Part shown: in pieces, positions 16,545 through 23,358 of the stretch
Numbering within the stretch: position 1 is the stretch's first letter
How the letters are laid out: each line of letters begins with the position of its first letter
NCBI GenBank assembly: GCA_002392765.1
Contig: DGHT01000022.1
Span: 1,324-65,323 of the forward strand
Reading direction: 5' to 3'
Length of the DNA stretch: 64,000 nucleotides
Source: Verrucomicrobia bacterium UBA3841
Lineage (GTDB): Bacteria; Verrucomicrobiota; Kiritimatiellia; RFP12; UBA1067
Translations under genes and position numbers: made by a program
The notes under the pieces: generated by a model
What the model saw: only the letters and a program-made list of their open reading frames with translations
Told to the model about the DNA's origin: nothing
Databases searched by the model: none

Positions 16545-17243
16545 ATGAATAACCCCGAACGCCTTTTAGAAATATTGTTTAAGTATAAACTTCCGCAACC
16601 TGCGAGTGCCGACGCAGAAGGCATAATACAGGAAACCATTGAATACGCGAAGAAGCGAAATCCCGGCGCAGCCGTTCTCGTTTGTTCTAGAACACTTGCC
16701 GAAGCTATGTCTCGATATACCTTGGCACAAGGTAATGCCGAATTTTCAATTCCTGAGGCAAGTCAACTGCTGGATGCAATTATAAAATATTATTTTTCCA
16801 CCATTTATAAAGCACCCAAGCAAGCGCTTGAAGCGGCGTCAACTGAAGAATGTGTTCAGACACTACTTCGTTTAGAAAATAGTGCGGCACAATACAAGGA
16901 AGACACCGACGCTATTGGACTTAGGATATTTCCCGCAAGAGAATTACGTCTATTTATGCACATTGGAAATAACGAACAAAAAGTTGAGGATTGCAAGCGC
17001 AAATGGATTCAGTGCGGAGGTGGCTTATATGGTGGTAAAATGATAGCATTAACAATGGATTCAATATGGGAGAAAATGTCTATATTCCAACTACCATACC
17101 CACCATTTGATTTTCGGTGCTGTTTTGGAACACTAGGTGTGCCAAGAAAAGACTGTATAAGTATTGGATTGATAAAGGAGCCGAAACACCTAATCTTGAA
17201 GCGCAAGTTGCCAGCAATTAGGCTCTCGATTAAAGCCAAATAG
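16545..17243 (+). CDS. Repressor-linked low-GC accessory protein with MuF-core-like C-terminal domain
   Basis: Begins 4 nt after the repressor stop. Visibly AT-richer than its surroundings. aa 129-211 align with aa 126-205 of the MuF-like protein at 31622..32758 (..W...GG..YGGKMIA...D..WE..S.F..P.PPFD....G.L.V.RK..I..GLI). Confidence 0.6.
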   Translation: MNNPERLLEILFKYKLPQPASADAEGIIQETIEYAKKRNPGAAVLVCSRTLAEAMSRYTLAQGNAEFSIPEASQLLDAIIKYYFSTIYKAPKQALEAASTEECVQTLLRLENSAAQYKEDTDAIGLRIFPARELRLFMHIGNNEQKVEDCKRKWIQCGGGLYGGKMIALTMDSIWEKMSIFQLPYPPFDFRCCFGTLGVPRKDCISIGLIKEPKHLILKRKLPAIRLSIKAK

Positions 17244-17247
17244 ACAT

Positions 17248-17284
17248 CCCCCCTTGCACCCCGCTTGCAGGGGGTTTGTTTTAT
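17248..17284 (+). terminator. Intrinsic terminator after the repressor operon
   Basis: ccccct..gca / tgc..aggggg stem followed by tttgttttat. Confidence 0.6.
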
Positions 17285-17322
17285 GGGCGCACGGTCGGTT
17301 GGTCGTGCGCTTTTTTTGTACA

Positions 17323-17403
17323 TTCAAGTTGATTAAGTTGTTGCACGCGTGCAACAACCTCTTCAAGTTGATTTGACCCTGTTTTGCTCATTTGACCCTG
17401 TTT
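17323..17403. promoter_or_regulatory. Dense repeat cluster between lysogeny and late modules
   Basis: ttcaagttgatt x2 (17323, 17362) flanking the 22-bp perfect palindrome gttgttgcacgcgtgcaacaac (17337-17358). atttgaccctgttt x2 (17371, 17390). Confidence 0.5.
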
Positions 17404-17464
17404 CATTCATCTTGATTATTTAGACCATTTTGCTCATTTACCCCCTTGCACCCCCGTGCAGCGT

Positions 17465-17493
17465 TTGAAATCGGCCGTTTGCTATGTCATAAT
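17465..17493 (+). promoter_or_regulatory. Candidate late/middle promoter TTGAAA-N17-CATAAT
   Basis: TTGAAA 17465-17470 and CATAAT 17488-17493. About 160 nt upstream of the first late ORF. Confidence 0.35.
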
Positions 17494-17616
17494 ATTGGCG
17501 TCTTGACCGATCATTGGTCCTCCTGAATGTGTATGGAAAGCAAGCCGCGTCCGGCGGTAGCTCGCGGAAGGTCTCGAACCCCGCGAACCGGACACCCCGA
17601 ACGGGGGTTGAAGCGA

Positions 17617-17651
17617 ATGTAAAATGTAAAGTGTAAAATGTAAAATGTGAG
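17617..17651. repeat. Heptamer array RTGTAAA x4-5 abutting the first late start codon
   Basis: atgtaaa atgtaaa gtgtaaa atgtaaa atgtgag, then ATG at 17652. Confidence 0.9.
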
Positions 17652-18107
17652 ATGGTGGAAACAACGACTATAGACGCGCTGCTGAATGTCGCGGTCAGAT
17701 ATGAACTCTACGGCGTAGATTTCATCCGGGATTTCGACTACGCCACGCTCTGCCGCGAATACAACGGCATCGGCCCGGAATGGGCGGGCGCTCCGATCCG
17801 CGAAAAGACTACGAAGTGGTTCTCCCTCTTCGAGCCCGCGGCGCTTATCCACGACATGCGCAACTACATGTCGGATGGCCGCAAGGAGGCATTCGACGCG
17901 GCGAACCTGGAGTTCCTCGCGAACTGTCGCAAGCTTGCAAACGCCGCGTATCCCTGGTACAGCTGGCGCAGATACCGCGCGCGCTTTGTCGCGCATCTCC
18001 TGTACGATTTTGTGGACGGCCCCGGCGGATGGATGGCTTGGCGCGAATGCTGGGAGAAGAGGAAAGAAAGAATACAAGGAGATGGAGCGTCCCGCTCCGT
18101 CGTATAG
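17652..18107 (+). CDS. Hypothetical protein at the endolysin position (YNGIG...HD motif)
   Basis: First late gene. EYNGIGPEW....AALIHDMRNY. The C-terminus is read through the cloverleaf element. No lysozyme, transglycosylase or amidase motif recognised. Confidence 0.5.
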   Translation: MVETTTIDALLNVAVRYELYGVDFIRDFDYATLCREYNGIGPEWAGAPIREKTTKWFSLFEPAALIHDMRNYMSDGRKEAFDAANLEFLANCRKLANAAYPWYSWRRYRARFVAHLLYDFVDGPGGWMAWRECWEKRKERIQGDGASRSVV

Positions 18108-18133
18108 ACGCGGCGGGACGCCGCATCTCCTTG
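18075..18133. repeat. 59-bp cloverleaf palindromic element (family Z), complete copy
   Basis: caaggagatg | gagcg tcc cgctc | cgtc gtata gacg | cggcg gga cgccg | catctccttg: 10-bp terminal stem plus three abutting stem-loops. Paralog at 60444-60502. Confidence 0.9.
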
Positions 18134-18172
18134 AAATATACCGATTTGTCAACAAAAACGAAAGGATGAAAA

Positions 18173-18694
18173 ATGAAACGACTGATGATGTTCGCCGCGC
18201 TTGCGGCAGTACTGGCCGGATGCCGCGCGGTGACGGTCGAGAACTTCGGCGAGGAAATCGCGCGCGACGCCGACAATAAGCCGGTCACTCTCCCAGACGG
18301 CAGAATCCAGACTGTCAACAGGGGCTGGAAGGTCCACCACAACCAGCACTGGATGGCGACGGACGTTGACACGATGGAAGCACACATCAAGCCGGAAGAC
18401 ATTTCGTTTTCCGTCGGCAAGATTTCGACGAAGCCGTCCGAGGAACTGGCCAAGCTCGTCGACGTCTCCCTGAAGGGCGCGGCGGAACTCGCGGCGAAGA
18501 TCGGCGCGGCGATCGCAACCGGCGGCGGATCTGTCGCAGGCGAGGCGGGATATACCGCACTCAGGAACGCGATATCGAACTTCATCGGCAAGGGCGGCGA
18601 CGCGTCGAAGGCGACCGTGACGTGCGAGGGAGGCAACTGCACCATATCCGACGGCACGGTCACGGAGGTTTGCGAGAGCTGCTTCGAGAGGTGA
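18173..18694 (+). CDS. Phage lipoprotein (possible o-spanin-like or exclusion protein)
   Basis: MKRLMMFAALAAVLAGC signal peptide with lipobox LAGC. Located in the lysis-cassette position. Confidence 0.6.
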   Translation: MKRLMMFAALAAVLAGCRAVTVENFGEEIARDADNKPVTLPDGRIQTVNRGWKVHHNQHWMATDVDTMEAHIKPEDISFSVGKISTKPSEELAKLVDVSLKGAAELAAKIGAAIATGGGSVAGEAGYTALRNAISNFIGKGGDASKATVTCEGGNCTISDGTVTEVCESCFER

Positions 18695-18700
18695 TCGCAG

Positions 18701-19042
18701 ATGGACGTCGAAACGATCATCCAGGGCGGAGGTCTGATCCTCTCCGGCGCGGCGGTCGGAAAGATCGTCGACGTCGCGGTCAAGGCGTGGACGGCCCGCC
18801 ACCACAAAGGCGAGGTGTCCGTAACGCCCGATCCGCTGAACGTCCGCAAGGAAGACAAGTTCGTGACACGCGGCGAGTTCAACAAGCACGTCGAGCAGAA
18901 CGACGCCGCGCACACCGAAATCTTCCGGCGACTCAAGGAGACGGAGCAGAAGACCGAGCACCAGGACGGCAAGCTGGACGTGATCGGCAGCGACGTGAAG
19001 ACCATCAAGGACATCTTAATCGGAAAGGCACTCAAGAAATGA
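18701..19042 (+). CDS. N-terminal TM plus coiled-coil protein (i-spanin- or holin-like)
   Basis: IIQGGGLILSGAAVGKIV hydrophobic segment, then a charged coiled coil. Confidence 0.45.
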   Translation: MDVETIIQGGGLILSGAAVGKIVDVAVKAWTARHHKGEVSVTPDPLNVRKEDKFVTRGEFNKHVEQNDAAHTEIFRRLKETEQKTEHQDGKLDVIGSDVKTIKDILIGKALKK

Positions 19043-19299
19043 ACGCAAACGACCCGGCCGTGCAGCTGAGAATACGCACGGCGCTCCAGACGCTGGAGCG
19101 CATCCCCGTGGGACTCCCCGCCGACGCCCTCGTGCGCCAGGTGGATTCACTCGTCGGCGACCCGACCAGCCCCGTCGAGGGCGAGGAGCTGCTGACGTTC
19201 CTCGTGCGCAAGCGCTGGGTCTACACGCTCACGGACGCGATCGGGCGCACGCTCTACCGCCTGTCGTCCGCCGGCAGAGAGGCTCTCGCGGAGGTCTGA
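19039..19299 (+). CDS. Hypothetical protein (86 aa)
   Basis: ATG 19039 overlaps the upstream stop (ATGA). In-frame portion of track ORF 18622..19299. Confidence 0.45.
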   Translation: MNANDPAVQLRIRTALQTLERIPVGLPADALVRQVDSLVGDPTSPVEGEELLTFLVRKRWVYTLTDAIGRTLYRLSSAGREALAEV

Positions 19300-19301
19300 C
19301 G

Positions 19302-19901
19302 ATGGCGAAGGCCGCGACCGAGAAGAAGCTGCGCAGCGACGCATGGGAGGCCCCGCTTTCGGCGGAGCTGCGCGAGAAGTTCTACTTCGCGATCGAGCCG
19401 CTGGACTTTCCGGAGGGCTCGGCGCTCGCCGCGAAGGAGCCGTACTCGCTGCGCGCGACGTCGATACAGGCGTACTACCGCTGCCAGGCCCGCGCCCGCG
19501 CGGCGATCGAGAAGGCGAAGACGCGCGCGAGCGCGCTGGCCAAGCTCGAGACCGCGCAGGCCGTCGCGCCGCTCGTGAGGTCGGCGGCGGTCAACGCCGT
19601 CGGCGACGGCGTGATGGCGGACACGCTCGCGTCGCTCGCGGCGACCGCCGTGATGCAGGGCGCGGACAAGGACACGATCACGGCGCTCGGTTCGCTCGCC
19701 TGCGGCTTCCGCGCCAACGCGCTCAAGGCCGCCGCGCAGCAGACCAAGGACGAGCAGCTGAAGCTCGCCCGGGAAAAGTTCGAGGCGGCGGAGAAGAGGC
19801 TGGAGCGCGTCGCCGAGATCGCCGACGCCGCGCGCGGCGGCAAGGTGGACCCCGCGAAGGTCGCCGACGAAATCGACAGAATCCTCGGAAGAAAGAAATA
19901 G
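19302..19901 (+). CDS. Putative small terminase subunit (Mu gp27-position)
   Basis: Immediately upstream of the large terminase. Helical and Ala-rich. Call is by position only. Confidence 0.35.
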   Translation: MAKAATEKKLRSDAWEAPLSAELREKFYFAIEPLDFPEGSALAAKEPYSLRATSIQAYYRCQARARAAIEKAKTRASALAKLETAQAVAPLVRSAAVNAVGDGVMADTLASLAATAVMQGADKDTITALGSLACGFRANALKAAAQQTKDEQLKLAREKFEAAEKRLERVAEIADAARGGKVDPAKVADEIDRILGRKK

Positions 19902-19903
19902 AA

Positions 19904-21349
19904 GTGAACGAAGCCGACACATCATATTTCCTGCCATACCAGGAAGCGTGGATCAACGACGACTCGCCGCTGAAGGTGGCAGAGAAGTCGCGCCGCGTCG
20001 GCTTCACCTACGCGTCGAGCTACCGCATGTTCCAGAAGTGCATGAGGCGCGGCAAGGGCTTCACGCAGTGGGTGAGCTCGCGCGACCGGCTGACGGCGCA
20101 GGAGCTCATACGCGACTACATCGCCATGTGGTGCAAGCTCGCCAACGTCGCCGCCCAGGGACTGACCGGCGAAGACATCCAGGTGATCGACACGGAGAAG
20201 GACATAACCGCCTTTGTCTGCACGTTCCCGAACGGCGCGCGCATCGTCTCGCTCTCCTCGACTCCGGAGGCGTTCGCCGGCAAGGGCGGCGACGTGTTCC
20301 TGGACGAAGTGGATCTGCACCGCGACTCGGGCGCGCTCATCGACATGGCGTATCCCTGCATCATGTGGGGCAACCAGCTTGAGATGGTCAGCGCCTACCG
20401 CGTGGACGGGTCGAAGGACACGCCCTTCGCGAAGCTCGTCGCCGAGGCGAAGAAGGACAACCCGCAGCATGCGTCGCTGCACCGCGTGACGATTCACGAC
20501 GCGGTGGCGCAGGGGCTCGTCGAGAAGATCAACGCGAAGTCGGGCCGCAGCCAGACGCGCGAGGAGTTCCTGCAGCAGACCCGCGCCGGATGCCGCACGC
20601 TCGCCGCATGGGAGTCGCAGTTCGAGTGCAAGGTGCAGGACGCGGGCGGGAAGCTGCTGCCGACGAAGATCCTCGCTCCGTGCGAAATGCCGGCGGAGGA
20701 GATCGCGGCGATCGAGCGCCGCTATCCGGACGCGCCGCGCTTCGCGGGCTTCGACATCGCCCGTCGCCGCCACGCGAGCGCCTGGAGCGAATGGCTGCAG
20801 ATCGGCGTCACATTCTTCCTCGTCAGGCGCGAGACCTTCCACGACATGGAGTTCGAGGCGCAGCGCAAGTTCCTCGAAGCTCAGATGCAGGGCCGCACTT
20901 CCAAGCGCATCACGCGGCTCGCCATGGACGCGACGGGCCTCGGCATGGAGACTGCGGAGTGGGCCGCCAAGAAATGGCCGGGCCGCGTCGACCAGGTGAA
21001 CCTGGAGTCGCACCGCCGCCACGAGATATGCATGATGTTCCAGGACTGGTTCAACACCGCGAACGCGAGGATCCCGGCGGACGCGGTACTTCGCGAGGAC
21101 TACCAGACGCCCGTCCTCAAGACCGCCGCGAACGGCAACGTGCGCGTGTCCGTCCCGGAGTTCGAGAACGACGAGGGCGAGACGTCTCACTGCGACGAGT
21201 TCATGGCGGGGGTGCTGGCGCGCTCCGCCGCCGACGCCGGCGGCGCGGAGCCCGCCATGCAGGCGACGGCGGAGATCGATGACGACGATTTGGGGAACGG
21301 GGAATGGGGAACGGGGAACGGAACCCTTACGAGAAGGAGCTTCATGTGA
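19904..21349 (+). CDS. Terminase large subunit (Mu gp28-like)
   Basis: GTG start at 19904. FLPYQEAWINDDSPLKVAEKSRRVGFTYASS.. N-terminal ATPase pattern. Followed by the portal gene. The C-terminus (LGNGEWGTGNGT) is encoded by a GGGGAAY array. Confidence 0.8.
   Translation: MNEADTSYFLPYQEAWINDDSPLKVAEKSRRVGFTYASSYRMFQKCMRRGKGFTQWVSSRDRLTAQELIRDYIAMWCKLANVAAQGLTGEDIQVIDTEKDITAFVCTFPNGARIVSLSSTPEAFAGKGGDVFLDEVDLHRDSGALIDMAYPCIMWGNQLEMVSAYRVDGSKDTPFAKLVAEAKKDNPQHASLHRVTIHDAVAQGLVEKINAKSGRSQTREEFLQQTRAGCRTLAAWESQFECKVQDAGGKLLPTKILAPCEMPAEEIAAIERRYPDAPRFAGFDIARRRHASAWSEWLQIGVTFFLVRRETFHDMEFEAQRKFLEAQMQGRTSKRITRLAMDATGLGMETAEWAAKKWPGRVDQVNLESHRRHEICMMFQDWFNTANARIPADAVLREDYQTPVLKTAANGNVRVSVPEFENDEGETSHCDEFMAGVLARSAADAGGAEPAMQATAEIDDDDLGNGEWGTGNGTLTRRSFM
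21292..21321. repeat. GGGGAAY heptamer array in the terminase 3' end
   Basis: ggggaacggggaatggggaacggggaacgg, identical 30-mer to 22942-22971. Same family as umuC 1287-1314. Confidence 0.95.
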
Positions 21350-23283
21350 TGAACATCCTAAGCGGCATCAGGCGGTTTTTCTTCCAGAAGGCGTCGAACG
21401 ACTTCGACGCGAACGAGGCGTTCCGCCGCAACCAGCTCAGGTACAACGCGCTGCGCGCGCTCGACCCGGACGTCCTGGTGCGGCACCTCGAGGCGTTCCA
21501 GCGCGGCGACATCTGCGGGCTCGAGCGCGTCATCGACGAGTTCGAGCAGCGCGAGGACAAGATGCGCATCGGCTCGTTCAAGATGGCGGCCGCCGTCTCG
21601 TCCAAGCCGTGGAAGGTGCAGATACGCCAGGGCGAGGAGGAGAACCCGCGCGCCAAGCTGCACCAGGAGCACTTGACGAAATTCTGGAACCGCGTCGAGG
21701 CGACGGACGCCTTCTGCCGCAATAGGAAAGGCGGGCTCAGGCTCCTAGTCAAGCAGATGATGAGCGCGCAGTCGCGCGTCTACTCCGTCCACGACATCTG
21801 CTGGAAGGTCAACGGCGACGGCACATTGAACGCGACGTTCACGCACGTTCCGGCGTGGTGCTTCGAGAACCGCACCGGACGGCTCAGGTACATCAGGAAC
21901 GACTGCGACACCGTCGGCGCGGAGATGCCCGACGGCGAATGGCTCGTCACCGTGGGCGAAGGCGTCGGCGTCGCGGCGGCGGTGATCGCCATGGCCAAGC
22001 GCCTCTCCTGGAACGACTGGCTGCTCTTCTCGGAGAAGTGCGGCATGCCGGTCATCCTGGGCAACACCAACGCGCAGCGCGATACGCCCGCATGGGCGGC
22101 GATGAGCCGCGCCATCCGCGCGATCGCGCCGAAGACCGGGCTTCTCGCCGACACCGGCACGACCCTGAACGCCGTCTCGATGGGCGCGGGCGGACAGAAC
22201 ACATACCGCGAGCTCGTCGACACGGTGGACCGTGCGATATCCGCGCTCTACCGCGGCGGGGACCTCGCCACGCAGTCGAGCGGACCGGACGCCGCGGGCG
22301 TCAACGCCCAGGCGGGCGAGTCGGAGCTGATGGACGACGACGGCTGCAAGATGGTCGCGGAGACGCTGCGCGACCAGGTTGAGAAGTTCGTGATCCGGTT
22401 CGAGCTCGGCGACTTCGAGCCGCTCGCGGAGATCGTCATCAACCCGCCAGCCGACACCGACGACGTCGACCGCGAGATGAAGATCGACACCCACCTCTCC
22501 GGACTCGGCGTGAAGCTGTCGAAGAAGGACGCGCTCGCCCGGTACGGCCGGACGGAGGCGGAGGACGAAAACGACGCCCTTGCCTTGTCGTCGGCACCTG
22601 TGACAGATTCCGATTCGCAGAAACTCACCGCTCAGGACATCGCATCGCTTATCTATCCGCTCAGAGCTGGTGGATATAAAATCTCCCAGCCGGTAGACGA
22701 GAGAGCGACAGGTCTCAAACTGGAGGAAATCACCCCTGGAGATGGAAGTGACGGCAGCAAAAACCAGCTTGCGAACGAGAAGACAGGCAAGACCCCCTTG
22801 CAAAACGACGAGAACCGCTTGCAAAACGCGCCGCGCGTTTCGGACGGACAAGGAGACCCCTCGGGCGAGGACGCGCTTGTAGAGGCTCTAAGCGGCCTGT
22901 TTGAGAAGTCGCTTGCCGAGGCAGCGGCTGACGCCGCCGCCGGGGAACGGGGAATGGGGAACGGGGAACGGGAACCGGTAGGGGCCGACCACCGGTATCC
23001 CCCAGCCGAAGGCTGTCCGCGAAGCGGATGCCCTAGCAGGGGTGCGGCCCAGGAAGAGCTTGCGAACTCCACCGACGCCCAGGGCAACGAGCACGCCGAA
23101 GCCGGATCCAATAACGGTGGCCAGTTCGTCAGCAAGGGTGAGGGCGGCGAAGCCCACACGCCTGAACAAAAGAAACGCATCGACGGCACGATGGCCGTGC
23201 AAACGGTTGTTCCGGACACGAAGCGCAAGACGCTCTTCATAACTTCGACAAGGATTGAAAAGCGAAAGGACGGGCACTTATAG
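21349..23283 (+). CDS. Portal protein (Mu gp29/DUF935-like) with extended C-terminus
   Basis: ATG overlaps the terminase stop and GAGAAGGAG lies upstream. MNILSGIRRFF..FRRNQLRYNALRALDPDVL..FQRGD. About 130 extra C-terminal residues contain repeat-element-encoded sequence. Confidence 0.8.
   Translation: MNILSGIRRFFFQKASNDFDANEAFRRNQLRYNALRALDPDVLVRHLEAFQRGDICGLERVIDEFEQREDKMRIGSFKMAAAVSSKPWKVQIRQGEEENPRAKLHQEHLTKFWNRVEATDAFCRNRKGGLRLLVKQMMSAQSRVYSVHDICWKVNGDGTLNATFTHVPAWCFENRTGRLRYIRNDCDTVGAEMPDGEWLVTVGEGVGVAAAVIAMAKRLSWNDWLLFSEKCGMPVILGNTNAQRDTPAWAAMSRAIRAIAPKTGLLADTGTTLNAVSMGAGGQNTYRELVDTVDRAISALYRGGDLATQSSGPDAAGVNAQAGESELMDDDGCKMVAETLRDQVEKFVIRFELGDFEPLAEIVINPPADTDDVDREMKIDTHLSGLGVKLSKKDALARYGRTEAEDENDALALSSAPVTDSDSQKLTAQDIASLIYPLRAGGYKISQPVDERATGLKLEEITPGDGSDGSKNQLANEKTGKTPLQNDENRLQNAPRVSDGQGDPSGEDALVEALSGLFEKSLAEAAADAAAGERGMGNGEREPVGADHRYPPAEGCPRSGCPSRGAAQEELANSTDAQGNEHAEAGSNNGGQFVSKGEGGEAHTPEQKKRIDGTMAVQTVVPDTKRKTLFITSTRIEKRKDGHL
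22942..23050. repeat. GGGGAAY array plus element X copy, in-frame inside the portal gene
   Basis: 30-mer array 22942-22971, then ggtatccccc-cagcc gaa ggctg-tccgc gaa gcgga-ccct agc aggg (22994-23050). Translated as GERGMGNGERE...YPPAEGCPRSGCPSRGAAQ. Confidence 0.9.
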
Positions 23284-23358
23284 GGCCGAAGCCCAAGTGG
23301 ATACCCGTCCTAACGACGCCACAAATTATACCACAACCACTTTCGGAAAGTCAAGGAG

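Noticed and set aside
17540-17610. tRNA-like look of ggtctcgaaccccgcgaaccgg (reverse: ccggttcgcggggttcgagacc)
   Set aside because: It contains a GGTTCGA-like T-loop string, but I could not build a 5-bp T stem, an acceptor stem or an anticodon arm around it. Not called as tRNA or an att site.
17845-21190. Minus-strand ORFs 17845..19035 (396 aa), 18149..18961 (270 aa), 19254..19937 (227 aa) and 19922..21190 (422 aa)
   Set aside because: They are antisense shadows of the late genes and terminase. They have low-complexity S/P/R/L composition and no coupled starts.
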